Under the pieces are notes generated by a model that did no database searches, had not been told where the DNA came from, and was given only the letters and a program-made list of their open reading frames with translations. This document shows, one piece after another, positions 12,464 through 25,339 of a stretch of 64,000 bases of DNA. This DNA is from Octopus bimaculoides (lineage: Eukaryota). Each line of letters begins with the position of its first letter. The first letter of the stretch is position 1. Where the stretch lies: contig NC_068985.1 of NCBI RefSeq assembly GCF_001194135.2, forward strand, positions 16,653,911 to 16,717,910, in the 5' to 3' direction. The translations under genes were made by a program, and so were the position numbers.

Positions 12464-14439
12464 ACACACACACACATCAAACATAATGCTGGGTCAGTGT
12501 TACAACCCCCAAAATTAGAACTATGTTCTGTGAATACTTCAATATTCTGACTCCTACCCATGTTTTAACTAGCTTTGTCAACTGACAATGGTACAACAGA
12601 TGGAACTGCAACCCCATCATGAAATGTATGTCAGTGCCATTAGATCACTTACAACTTGTATAACAGGCTCTCAACATCAAAATAAATCATGAACAGCTGT
12701 TCAATATTGAATGTTGAACAATAAATTGATCAATAAATATTTTAAATTGATTATCTTAAATTAAAATCTATGACCTACATTCAATATTTGCCCATACTAT
12801 CTGTAACAGTATTGTTGATACCATACCTGATGGCCTATGTTGGACTCTTTCTGCTTAAAATCTATTTATAAAGCAAATGTCGAAACTTTTTATAATAAAC
12901 AAAAGAAGTCGTTTGTGTTTGTAGTCCAGTAAATATGAACTTTGTGAAGTGAACTTGTAAGAATACAATTGAATTAAAAGTGTGAAATTTTCTGTAACCT
13001 CTATTCTTGAAAATAGAAAAGAGAAATGAATAATGTTTGGAATGAAAGAAACTAACTGCTATGGTATGGTGTGGCAGTTAAATGAAATGGAGCAAAATAA
13101 CTTTATTCTAAATATATAGAAGTTTAGATAAATAATCTATGACAATAGCATGTTGATAGTCAATCTGTGTAACTTCCATAATATTGAAAACATTATTTAT
13201 TTAAGTACATACTTCCATCTTGTTTTTTATGAGTGAGATTTGTCATAACTTACTGGTATATGAAACTTTTATTTTGAATATATATGTCAGTTTGTGTTTC
13301 TTTTGATTGTGGTGCACCAACATGTCCCTAAGAAACTGTCTGGATCTAGTGAAACAATAAAATAAGGCAATGTACAGATGAATAAATGTTTTAAGTTATG
13401 GCTCCAAAGTATTTTTTTTCCCCAGTTCCCAATAAAGTTACTGTTTAAGGAGTAGACAATGTTAATGAATTATAAGCTCTAATAACAAGGAGCTTTTGTT
13501 TTCCCAAATTATTAGAATAATCTTTGAATGCAAGTTATTGTGTAGCTCCAACTTAGACCTGACTGGACAATCAATCTTATGATGAACATAATTCTATCTG
13601 TGACATTGTTTATCTTTTATTACAATAGTCAATGTGAAATGAAGTGCCTTGCTCAAGGACAGAATAAAAATACCTGGTCAAGGAATCAAACCCATGACCT
13701 TACAGTCATCAGCCCAAGACCCCTAACCACAAGGCTATGCACCTTTCACTCCAGTCTACTTTGCTGAAAATGAGTACCACCTAACTACTGGTGCGCCTTT
13801 CTTTCCCTCATGCTCTCACATCCTCGACATTCCAAAGAATCAAAGCTGGGAAGACCAAGAGGATGTTTATATCTGCTTATGACTATATAGGTATCTAAAG
13901 CAAAAGTGGGAGCATGGTTCAAGCTACCAAGTCATATTTACTTTTGAGTAATGCTTAAGCTTTACACTATCAGTATTCAATATGGTCTTCCATTTTTAAA
14001 AGCCACAAGAGCAAGAGATGAGAGAGATTTGGCTATGATCTCTAGCAGGCTGAGTAGAGACATAGAGTGTTCTTCATCACTGGAATTATTCTGTGTTCAA
14101 TCAATTTTTGATGGCTTAGTTCACTTGATACAAGTTATTGTTATCTAACCCCAACATTCGCTATAATTGAGCAGACCTATGATTAAAGGATTTTGATATA
14201 TGACTATCCTGCTTTACTTTCAAACATCTAGGACTACATTATCTAGTAAAGTGTAATTTGACGACAATTTGGTTGCTATTTCTAGCTGTTCAAACAAACT
14301 TATAGAATCTCCCTCAGTAGATGCAGTTTTTGCTGTTGTCTGAGTCTGAATTAGCCGTGTTCAAGAAGACTAATAATCATGTTCATTGAAGCCATGATTA
14401 TCTTGTCATTTTAGGGGTGTGTAAGACTACTATGCTCAA

Positions 14440-14652
14440 CCGTTTAGTATTTAAATATTTGGCCCAAATACTTTACTTATCTTACATTCAAACCAGCTAG
14501 ATCTAACCTGTTACACCTCCCTACAATGTCATTCTAAAACTAAACTATTACATCTTTGAAATTTCAAAGATATGAGATAATGCTTGATTAATTCAAAACA
14601 ATGTCAATAAATAAATATAACATTTGATAAAGTAATCATAAAAGCTAAAGGA
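14440..14652. mobile_element. Degenerate piggyBac-like MITE
   Basis: TCAA|CCGTTTAGTATT ... AAAGCTAAAGGA|TTAA. The TIRs are imperfect and the flanks TTAA-like. Confidence 0.4.
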
Positions 14653-15029
14653 TTAATGTGTTTTTCTCTTATTTAAAACAGTTGACTGTGATTTAAAGAA
14701 GATTTGGCTGCTATCTCTTGCAGGTTGAGTAACCATAAAGAAGTTCGCTAAGTAAATACATGTTGTTGCTACTGCTGTCATTTAGCCACAGGTCAGCCCT
14801 GATCAAGCAACTTTAAGGCATAATAATGATGGCATTGATTGATTAATGAGGAGTGATCCACAGTTTTGTCTTCCATGTTTTCATTCAGCTGAGAACTATT
14901 CTGTACACTCTGACATGCAGTGATGTATGAGATGTAATAAGGCAATCTGGGTACATTGCATTATCATCAATGCCCTTCTATTCTTGTATGCCTGTAGATT
15001 TAGGAGGTGACTACAGCAGAAGAGAAGTG

Positions 15030-15925
15030 GGTAGTGCTGAAATATGCAGATGACATTAAGCTGTACCTTGAGATCAAAAGGAGAGATCCTGGACATTATA
15101 GATCTTTCCTGCAATTGGACCTGGACACAATGCAACAATGGATCATGGACTAGCAACTCAAGCTAGTTGTGGACAAGTGTACCACCATGCATTTTGAAAG
15201 GAAAAACTCAGCATCCACATACTCTCTCCACAACATTAATATCAAGAAGTCTTCTTGTGGACATGACCTGGCCATTACTGTCGACAGCGATTTGCACTGG
15301 ACAAAGCACATCTCTAAAATTATCAAGAAAGCCAAGGGTGTCTTAGCATCACTCAGCAAGACTTTTGTCAGCCACTCTCCAGCCATCTATTTAAGGCTGT
15401 ATATGGCTATAGTGTGGCCACACTTGAAATTTGCATCACCAGTCTCGAACCCCTATCTTGCTCAAAACATTGACCTCCTGAAAACTGTTCAGAGACATGC
15501 AACCAAGTGAATACCCTCCATCAGGCATCTACCATACTCTGAATGCCTTGCTTCCCTGGGCATAGATACCTTTTTGAGCTCCATGTGTCTAACACACGTG
15601 GACATACCTACAAAGTCAGAAAACAGCACAGCTCCCATGACTTTCAGAAACATTTTTTTTACACTCAGAGATGCTGAAGTATGGAACAAACTACCTGCAT
15701 CAGTTGTTAGTTGCTGAGATATTGTATCCTTTAAAACTTCCATGCTTCCTGAAATTCACCAACACTACACCTGATATCTTCCCCTCCATACGCATGCACA
15801 TATGTATAGCATGATTCATACACTGTTCACTTACCTGATATTTGTACATAATTCTATGCACCTTTGATGAGTTGTAGCGCACCTGAGCACTAAACACAAT
15901 AATTTCATTATTATTGTTATTATTT
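15030..15925 (+). pseudogene. CR1/L2-group LINE: RT C-terminal half and 3' UTR
   Basis: LKYADDIKLY (YADD at 15043-15054); ORF 15169-15510 (DLAITVDSDLHW..PHLKFASPV..VQRHATK); HFF..VWNKLPASVV near 15650-15710; (ATT)n-like tail. Confidence 0.85.
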
Positions 15926-17974
15926 AAGGTGAACTTTATACATGACAGTTGCTCTTTCTCTTCACCACTGATAATGGTGTGCATCCCAACACAGTATTTG
16001 GGGCTAATGAGGCAAATGATGTTGCAATTTTTTCCCTGAGCTGAATGAGAGAAATAGTGATTTTAAGACACTAGTATAATAGTACTCTGGAGTATTGTAT
16101 ATGTATCTGGATGGAGAATACATATATTGTATATGGAGTATTGTATATGTATCTGGGTGGAGGATTTTGTTTACCTTTTTCATGTAATAACAGAGACAGT
16201 GGGAGTTGGAGCATGTTGGGGCAACAAGCTGTGTTCTTTACATGGCCAGGCTGCTTTTTCTTTTTAATATTTTATTGTGTAGCTAGTCAATAGGTGTGAT
16301 TCATATACAATCTGTTTTGTGCAGTGTTTTGTGTTCTTTATAGTTTATCATGGTTTTTTATGATGAGTCAAAGTCCAGATAGGACTGAAATAGTCCATAA
16401 TGGATCTAATGAATTATTTTTACACTATTATTTTTATTTCTTTTTGCTGGGTAAATATGGTACCTTATGCCTGCCCTAAAAGTGTTTGTGTGTCATTTTG
16501 CTTTCTTTTTTTTGTGTTGTTGGGGAGTTATATGTAACATCTTGTATTTTGTCTTTTGGGTGTGCGTGGGTGGTATGTCTATATTATTGAATGTGAGGGT
16601 AGATTGTATTTTATGTTCTCTTTAGTAGTTACTATCTTAAGTGTGTTGTTGCTGAACCAGGTTTACAGGTGGTTTAAGTAGGGTTAGAGTCATTGTACAG
16701 CAGTATTTGGAGAATGGTGTAAATATGTTAGTATGATGTTATCTGCCTATGATGCCATCTGTATGTTTTGTAGAGATATCAGCCATGTTGGTACAGGTGG
16801 GAATGAATAGCTGAAGAGATGGAGCCCTGTAGTACTCCACTAGGGAAATTGAAAGTTCTGCATGGGCTTGGTGACCTGACAGATTATTTATTAGGTAGTG
16901 CTTTGTGTTGAGTATTTTGGAGATGGCAAATATCCTCCTCCTCCTCCTCCTCCTTTTCCCTTCCCCCTCCTCATCATCACCATCATTTATCATTCGTTTT
17001 CCATGCTGACATAGGTTGGACAGCTTGACAGGAGCTGGCGAGGTTAGGGACCACACCAGGTTCCATAGTCTATGTACAATGTACATGATAACACTTCCAA
17101 TCAGTTAAGATCAAAAGCTGTGAGAGCCACTGCCTGGTACTGCATCAGGGCATTTATTATTATTATTATTATTTGATGAAAACTCACAGACTATGCCAAC
17201 CACTTTACAGAGTGTACCTGGTGCTGTTTATGTGGTACCATCACCATTATTATTATTATCATCATCATTATTATTGAGTGAGAGAGCAGAGCATGCCATC
17301 AAAGTGGCACTGGGGTGCAAATATACAAAACCCAATATACCCATCATGACTACCTGTCTGATAAGGGTACACCTTATCATTGTTAGTCTCTGATAGTGTT
17401 CACATATGTGAGAATTATTTCTGTGTGTCAAGTACACATTTCTCAACTAGCTTTCTTTGACATCCTCTCTTTTCTGGAATATTATATTCAGTATTACCAC
17501 ATCCTGAATGTTTTTTGAAGATGGTAAGGTAATATTTGAGAAAAATTTGGCTGTAGTTTCTTGCAGGTCAAGCAACCACTTAGAGGTTTCCTCATTAAGT
17601 CAAGTTGATTGATATAATATCATTATGCGTTTCTCTACATAACTTTTAGAATAAGTTGGATACAGATGAAGAAAATTGTTTCCATGAGACACAATTTTCA
17701 TCATGTTACTTAGGTGACATCTATAATAAGTTACGTAGGAAGGAAATGGAAGATTAAGAAATATATTATTAGATATTCTTGAAGGTAACTTAAGTGTCAA
17801 TGAGAATTATTGTTTCTGAAGAATAACAACAGAAAACATCATCAACAGCCATGAAATCAGCAGCAATATTGGTTTTAACTAAGTCACAAGGCCATAAAAT
17901 TCGTGGAAGGAGCATGGTTGATTAGATATACCTCAATATTTGAAGACTACTTATTTTATCAACTCTAGTAGGAT

Positions 17975-18450
17975 CATCATCATCACCATTGTTTAACATC
18001 TGCTTTCCATGCTAGCATGGGTTGGACGATTTGACTGAGGACTGGTGAAACCGGATGGCAACACCAGGCTCCAATCTAATTTGGCAGAGTTTGTACAGCT
18101 GGATGCCCTTCCTAATGCCAACCACTCAGAGAGTGTAGTGGGTGCTTTTACGTGCCACTTAGACAGTACTGGCAACAGCCATGCTCAAATGGTGTTTTTT
18201 ACATGCCACCTGCACAGGAGCCAGTCCAGCGGCACTGGCAATGACCTCGCTCAAATATTTTTTCACGTGACACTGGTACATATGCCAGTAAGCCGACACT
18301 GGTAACGATCATGCTCGAATGGTGCTTTTTACGTGCCACCGGCACGGAAGCCAGTCAGCTGCTCTAGCAACGATCATGCTCGGATGGTACTGTTAGCGCT
18401 CTACTAGGACAGATGCCGGTCATCGAATTTAGCTTCAATTTCGATAACAA
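17975..18450 (-). mobile_element. RTE 3' UTR copy with 4-5 tandem ~65-bp hairpin units
   Basis: Tail at 17975-18130 as in 23290-23480. The repeated units ATGGTGCTTTTTACGTGCCACCGGCAC..GCCAGT..ACTGGC lie at about 18130-18400. Confidence 0.85.
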
Positions 18451-18563
18451 ATTTAACCCTAGTGGGAATTGAACTCAGAGTGTAAAGGGATGTAAGTAAA
18501 TACTGCATATTAAGTCCACCTTTCTACTGACCCTGCCAATCTACTGCATGTTATCAACAGTAA

Positions 18564-18937
18564 GTGGAGGCGCAATGGCCCAGTGGTTAGGGCAGCGGAC
18601 TTGCGGTCATAGGATCACGGTTTCGATTCCCAGACCACGCGTTGAGTGTTTATTGAGTGAAAACACCTAAAGCTCCACAAGGCTCCGGCAGGGGTGGTGG
18701 CGAACCCTGCTGCACTCTTTCACCACAACTTTCTTTCACTCTTACTTCCTGTTTTTGTTGTGCCTGTAATTCAAAGGGTCAGCCTTGTCACACTGAATAT
18801 CCCCGAGAACTACATTAAGGGTACACATGTCTGTGGAGTGCTCAGCCACTTGCACGTTAATTTCATGAGCAGGCTGTTCTGTTGATCAGATCAACTGGAA
18901 CCCTCGACATCGTAAGCAACGGAGTGCCAACAACAAT
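18564..18937 (+). mobile_element. Full-length tRNA-derived SINE (family B)
   Basis: A-box TGGCCCAGTGG, B-box GGTTTCGATTCCC, about 370 bp, with a (CAA)n tail. Confidence 0.8.
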
Positions 18938-18969
18938 ATCAACAGTAACATCAACACAACACTTATAAG

Positions 18970-19420
18970 GTAGTGAACTGGCAGAATCATTACCATGCTG
19001 GACAAAATGCTTAGCTGCATCTCTTCCAACTTTGTTCTGAGTTCAAATTCTGCTGGGGTTAACTTTGCCTTATATCCATTCGGGGTTGATAAAATAAGTA
19101 CCAATTGGGTTCTGGGGTTGATGTAATTGATTTAATCCCTCCCCTGAACTTGCTGGTGTTGTCCCAAAATTTGAAACCAATACTAAAACAACAATTAAGG
19201 CAGTGAGCTGGTAGAACCGTTAGCATGCCAGGCAAAATGCTTAGCAGTATTTCATCTGGCTTTATGTTCTGAGTTCAAATCCTGCCAAAGTCAACTTTGC
19301 CCTTCATTCTTTTGGAGTTAAATAAAATAAGTATCAGTTGCGCACTGGGGTTGATGCAATTGACTTTTCTCCTCCCCTCAAATTGCTGGCCTTGTGCCAA
19401 AATTTGAAACTAATATTAAC
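18970..19420 (+). mobile_element. Two head-to-tail copies of tRNA-derived SINE family D
   Basis: Copies at about 18970-19185 and 19197-19420, each with TGGCAGAATC/TGGTAGAACC..GAGTTCAAAT..GATAAAATAAGTA. Further copies at about 25066 (+), 63755 (+), and about 26920, 51230, 55870, 59330 (-). Confidence 0.8.
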
Positions 19421-19559
19421 ACAACAATTACTAATATCAAACTTTTTTAAATGATAGGTTGTTTATTTATGAAGGTCAATGTATCTACATAACAGATAGT
19501 TGTACATAAGGAATTCTTCAATTTCACATAAACTGTTACACCAGCCATCATAAATAGCT

Positions 19560-20280
19560 AATACTCGGAAGCAGATTCCAGATATAATGGCATGACCGAC
19601 TAAGAAACTGGGAGCCAATAGTCTACAGGTGAGTACTAGAGCAACTTCAAGTCACCTCTAATATTCAGCCTCATAATATTCAATAATATTCAAGCTACCT
19701 CTATATTCAGACTCATAACAGAACATAAACTCAGTACTTGAAGCTAGTGAATCACTCAGTTGCATCATGTGTCTTACTTTGTAGCTATCATGAGAGATGG
19801 TAGACACAACTATACAAAAATAATGCTTCTCATTCTGTTGATGGTATTGTTCCATCTTTAAAGATGTTTGACATAGGAGACATTGGGTTCTTCAATGCAT
19901 ATCAAGTTTTCCGTCTAGTTCATTCACTAAATTTTTAAAGTACTTTGGCTGGCACTTTGTTTGAGGTTCACATGTATAGGGAGTCTCTTTGAACAGTTGT
20001 GAGGAATCTTAGCTCTTTATTTAGCACTGGTCCCTCGTCTTTGATTAATTATCTTTTGTTAAGATTCATGGCTAACTTTGCTGGTTGATGATGACTTTCT
20101 TTACTAAGGACTCCTCTTTTTGAGAATTAGTAGCTTCTTCATGCAATTATCTTTAATCTTGTCAAATGTTGCAACATGAAATCCCTTGAGAGCAAGGGCA
20201 TATGTTAATGTTCTGACAAGTTACTAAGATTTTTAATTGAGTTTTATATTTCTTCAAGAGATTTTTGATCATTTGTGCTT
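19560..20280 (-). pseudogene. Possible highly decayed LINE ORF2 (endonuclease region)
   Basis: Broken frames give SLEEI*NSIKNLSNLSEH..PLLSRDFML (GDFN-like) and KIINQRRGTS (xPTRG-like). The match is weak. Confidence 0.3.
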
Positions 20281-21036
20281 TGACCAGAGCTGACTTGCTT
20301 AATCAGAGCTGACATGTTCAATTAGAGTTGATTTGCTAGAGCTTGCTAGAGCTGACCTGTTCATTTCAGAGCTTATCGTTACATGTCTTCTGAGAAGCAC
20401 ATGGTTGGTTCATTCTTAAATCATTTTAATTTTTCAGCCTTTCTTTGATAGATTGACATACAAAGTATTTTTTAGTGATATTTGCTTGTCACAACAAGCA
20501 TTAGACATAAATATAAGAAGAAAACAAAATTTACATATCTAAAGGTGAGTGCAATAGTTTGGAAAATTATAATCTTATTAACTATATTGCTGTTCAGAAA
20601 CAATGCATTAAATATGTCATAAAGTATATAAATCCAGATTGAGCACTCAATATTTTTGTCGTCGCCATCATTGTTGTCAACTAAGTGACAGCTACCATCA
20701 ATTCCATCAATGTCATCATCATCATCATCATCATCATCACCATCATCATCATTAGCATTGTCATCATTGTTTTACATCTGTTTTCCCTGCTAGCACAAAT
20801 TGGACAGCTTGTTGCTGTAATTTTTGACTTGGTTTCTAAGGCTGGATATCCCTCCTAATACCTACCACTTTACAGAGGGTACTGCATTGTTTTCATGACA
20901 TCAACACTAGAGAAGTTGTCATGTCTTTGACAAGACTAAAGGGACTTCTCAGCTCCCTGCTTAACAGAGTTCACAGAGTACACTCTATTGTGGCATTAGC
21001 ACTAGACAAATCATTTTCACAAAGCATAAATAAATC

Positions 21037-21092
21037 AATATTCCAAACATTTCCAAATATTCCAAACATTTCCAAATATTCCAAACATTTCC
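21037..21092. repeat. 19-bp tandem repeat, three copies (AATATTCCAAACATTTCCA)
   Basis: Directly visible; the third copy is 18 bp. Confidence 0.9.
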
Positions 21093-22083
21093 TTCCCACA
21101 CAACATATTGATATATAATTCATTAAAGACCATTGACAGAGGGAAACATATAAATATTGGAAAAGTACCATGCAGACATACAAGTTTATGACAGTGGGCT
21201 AGTCTGATCAACATGAACCCTTCACCTTCATGTCCAATATTCATCAATATAAAGATACATTAGAAATCTACTATAAAATCAATAATTCTCCCTTGGATTT
21301 AGATAAACTACAAAACAATCAAATATGATAACCAGCAAGGGAGCCTCTAGTAGGTCACTTGACCTATTAGAAATAGCAATAAGTCTCTCTCAAACTCTGC
21401 TTTATTATCTTTAAAGCTGAAAGCTTCACTAGATATGTAGTGCTAGACATGCTGTGTCTGAAAAAAGAAAAGATGGTATGGGACGGTCATGGCTGGAAAA
21501 TCATTGATCATAGGTCTGCCTGGTCAGAGTTGACCTGGGGTTGAACTATAATGGCATAACCATACATACCAAAATAGCTGCAATGGGAATTGTCTCACTT
21601 CTGCCCAAATTCTGATGGATTGCCAACTACTTCAGATAAATACTGGAAAGCTGAGAGACTGATAAGAAACATGATATTGATGACAAGAAGCAATAAATTT
21701 AAAGTGCGGTAGGATAGAATTAGTACTGTTGAAGTTCGTTCTAGTAGTAGTGGAAAGATGCTTGAAGATATAAAACTGAAACAGTGGTATGTAAGAAAAG
21801 ATTTGTCAAAGGGAATAATTTTTTTTCTAAATGTTGTTTAGCGTGTCCATTATTAAAGGGATCAGACTATTTCAGATATGAATAGAGAATTTGAACTAGT
21901 GTGTATTTGGGTATCGTTCAAGGGTCAAAACCTTCAATGAGTTAAATTTTTTAAAATCTTGAATGTAGAATGGAGAAGCATTGAGATAGTTTAAGAATGA
22001 ACAAGCTTGTTTGCTATGTTGTATGGGGGAAACGTTTATAAAATTAATCTGCTTCTTACAAAAGTTTGCATAAACATTATTAA

Positions 22084-22476
22084 TACTCTTTACTCTTTTA
22101 CTCTTTTACTTGTTTCAGTCATTTGACTGCAGCCATGCTGGAGCACCGCCTTTAGTCAAGCAAATCGACCCCAGGACTTATTCTTTGGAAGCCTAGTACT
22201 TATTCTATCGGTCTCTTTTTCCAAACTGCTAAGTTACAGGGACATAAACACACCAGCATCAGTGGGGACAAACACAGACACACAAACAAACACACATATA
22301 TATATACATATATATGATGGGCTTCTTTCAGTTTCCGTCTACCAAATCCACTCACAAGGCTTTGGTCGGCCTGAGGCTATAGTAGAAGACACCTGCCCAA
22401 AGTGCCACGCAGTGGGACTGAACCTGGAACCATGTGCTTGCTAAGCAAGCTACTTACCACACAGCCACTCCTGCAC
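22084..22476 (-). mobile_element. tRNA-derived SINE (family A)
   Basis: Full reverse-complement copy of the 10058-10451 element. Confidence 0.88.
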
Positions 22477-22844
22477 CTATAATAATAACTAATCTTTAAA
22501 CTTTATTAAACCTCTGAAATATATAATACAAAACCTTGTTTAACTTCAATCCTGAGTTATTTCAAAAACAAGCAAACTTAAATCATACAATATCTTATCA
22601 GGCAACTAATCCCTACTCACTAAAATAACTGGCCTCATGCCAGTATTTGAAGCAATTTTTATCCCTATTATCTAAATACAATTTATTGTGATATTATTTT
22701 CAAGTCTGTAAAGGTAGCACAGATGGTAATGCACTGAGCAGTAATAAATTTTGTTAATTAATGACTGAGTTCAAATCCTACCACTAGCTTCAACATTGAA
22801 TTTTAAGCCACCATTGATCTGCAGGAAATATTTACTACATTAGA

Positions 22845-23480
22845 AGCATCAGTTGTGGTGTGCAAGAGAGACGATTGCGCTGGTATGGACATGTGGTGAG
22901 AATGGATGAGGATAGCTGCGTGAAAAAGTGCCACACCCTAACAGTTGAGGGAACCCGTGGAAGAGGTAGGCCCAGGAAGACCTGGGCTGAGGTGGTGAGG
23001 CAAGACCTTCGTACATTGGGCCTCACCGAGGCGATGACTACTGACCGAGACCTTTGGAAATGTGCTGTGCGTGAGAAGACCCGGCAAGCCAAGTAAGATC
23101 GTTGCCAGTGCCCCTGGACTGGTTCTTGTGCGGGTGGCACATGAGATGCNNNNNNNNNNNNNNNNNNNNNNNNNNNNNNNNNNNNNNNNNNNNNNNNNNN
23201 NNNNNNNNNNNNNNNNNNNNNNNNNNNNNNCTGGCTTGTGCGGGTGGCACATAAAAGACACCATTTCGAGCGTGGCCGTTTTCGTGCGGGTGACACGTAA
23301 AAGCACCCACTACACTCTCTGAGTGGTTGGCGTTAGGAAGGGCATCCAGCTGTAGAAACTCTGCCAAATTAGATTGGAGCCTGGTGTTGCCATCCGGTTT
23401 CACCAGTCCTCAGTCAAATCGTCCAACCCATGCTAGCATGGAAAGCGGACGTTAAACGATGATGATGATGATGATGATGA
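22845..23480 (+). mobile_element. Young 5'-truncated RTE LINE: ORF C-terminus, 3' UTR and (GAT)n tail
   Basis: Uninterrupted QERRLRWYGHVVRMDEDSCVKKCHTLTVEGTRGRGRPRKTWAEVVRQDL..AK* (stop ends 23096), then hairpin units, an N gap (23150-23230), the conserved 3' UTR and the tail. Confidence 0.9.
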
Positions 23481-24473
23481 TTCACTTCAATAAACTACAG
23501 CTGTTCCAACACATCATCTGTGTATGTGTAGCTACAAATTATATTATGCAATAGAAATTTATACAGGGTCAAGGGGTCACTGAGTAACTGGGGTATACTG
23601 AAACCCAAGTAGCATAGTGGGCAAAGATGACAACATGAACAGAACTTTTCACTTAATATATTTAGTTTCCAGCAAAATAAACAACAAAGGCTTCTTATTT
23701 AGAAAGTAAGATAGAATTTCTGTTTTTAACTATTGCTGTTCATATCCATACGGAAGCTAGTCATGAAAGACAGAGACAATATACATTCTTTTTTTTCATG
23801 AAATATAAAACATTTTCTCTTTTATAGGTGAACAGATTGTCATAAACCTTAGAGGGGTTGTATTGATTATTGGTAAAGTAAAGTGGTGTGGGTGTTCTTA
23901 GCCTTGGAAATATCATGAAATTGGAGGGTTGAAAGTTGAATAGGAGATACTGCTTTGAAGACTTCTATTATTGCATGGTGAGATCCAAGATGGTTTGGGA
24001 CAAATTCATTGATAATTCTTGTTATCACCTTGGAAATGTTGGATCTGAAGACTATTGCGTAGTTGTGCAGGAGTTTTGTGGTGAGTCTGTATTGACAGAA
24101 ATGTAATGCATTGTAGATAGATATTCATGCTGGATTAATACTCATGTTATGGGAAAGTCAGTAGAGTTTGCATAGAATAGTTTAAAGATATGTATTATAA
24201 AGGAGCTGAGACTGCAAGGTACTTCCACTGTTTATAGAATAGGAAAATTCGCATTCTGTGAAATCATACTTGGATTTAAGATGTTGATAGCTGGGCATTT
24301 AGTAAAGAAGAATAGATATTGGGATTTAAAATGTTAATAGTTGGGCATTTAGTGAGGAAGGAAGGAAGGAAGGAGAAGACGAGGAGGTTATAGGGTGGTA
24401 GTGGTGTCATTGGGAATGACTTCTTAACAGTTGTTCTGATACAGTTCTCTTTCTACTCTCAACTCTTGTTTTA

Positions 24474-24957
24474 TTACTTAGATGCAAATGGAGAGACCAC
24501 ACTCATAAATTTTACAAGCGGCCTTTCTTGCTTCCCTCCAGTCATCTGGTGTTCTAACAAGACATTCATGTTAAGCTGGATATGAACATGACCTTTTGGT
24601 ATTAATAGTGCTTCCATTGCTAATAATTCATTTCTAATAAGCCTGCTGGCTATTTGTGACATCAGCGTCTGGAAAGATGCTGATATTCTTTGTATCATAG
24701 CAGCAAAATCTGACTGGCATGTGGTGGCTGGATGCTCCCCACTGATAAGTTCCAGTAGAATGAAATCATGTGATATGGGAATCCTGGTGCCCATGACAAA
24801 TGATTCTTGCCTGCTATGATCTATTTGTGTGTGTTTATGCATCAAGGACCTATATGAGAGGATCTCTCAAGGCTTATAATGCAGTATTTGATGTTCTAAC
24901 AAGACATTCATGTCAAGGGTCAAGATGGTATTAATACTGCTTCTGTCACTAATAATT
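24474..24957 (-). pseudogene. Possible decayed Penelope-like GIY-YIG endonuclease C-terminus with an upstream duplicate of its end
   Basis: ORF 24474-24845 reads ..GTRIPISH..LISGEH..LIRNELLAMEALLI..QLNMN, resembling PLE GIY-YIG C-termini. 24550-24628 is repeated at 24892-24957, including 22 identical bp. Confidence 0.45.
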
Positions 24958-24971
24958 GATAAATATATATA

Positions 24972-25044
<73 letters not shown>

Positions 25045-25339
25045 ATGCGAGTGTGTGTAAAGACAGTGAGCTGGCAGAATCAGAACTTTGGAGAAAATGC
25101 CCAGTGGCATTTCTTCAAGTTCTTTTATATTCTGAATTCAAATCCTGTGGAGATTAACTTTGCCTTTCATCCCCACCCAGGGTCGACAATAAAATACCAG
25201 TCAAGTTAATGGTATCAACCAACCCTTATCCTTAAAATTGCTGGTGTTGCATCTGAATTGGAAACCACTGTATGTATGTATGTATGGATGGATGGATGGA
25301 CGGATGGAAATATGTATGTTTGTATGTATGACATAGTTG

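Noticed and set aside
18130-18400. CRISPR-like appearance of regularly spaced repeats
   Set aside because: The intervening segments are homologous to each other, so this is a tandem unit within a LINE 3' UTR. The context is eukaryotic and there are no cas genes.
19570-19930. piggyBac-like peptides on the + strand (DSRYNGHD; DIGFFNAYQVF)
   Set aside because: The motifs are in the wrong order for a piggyBac transposase and are separated by stops, and no TIR or TTAA was found. Chance similarity is likely.
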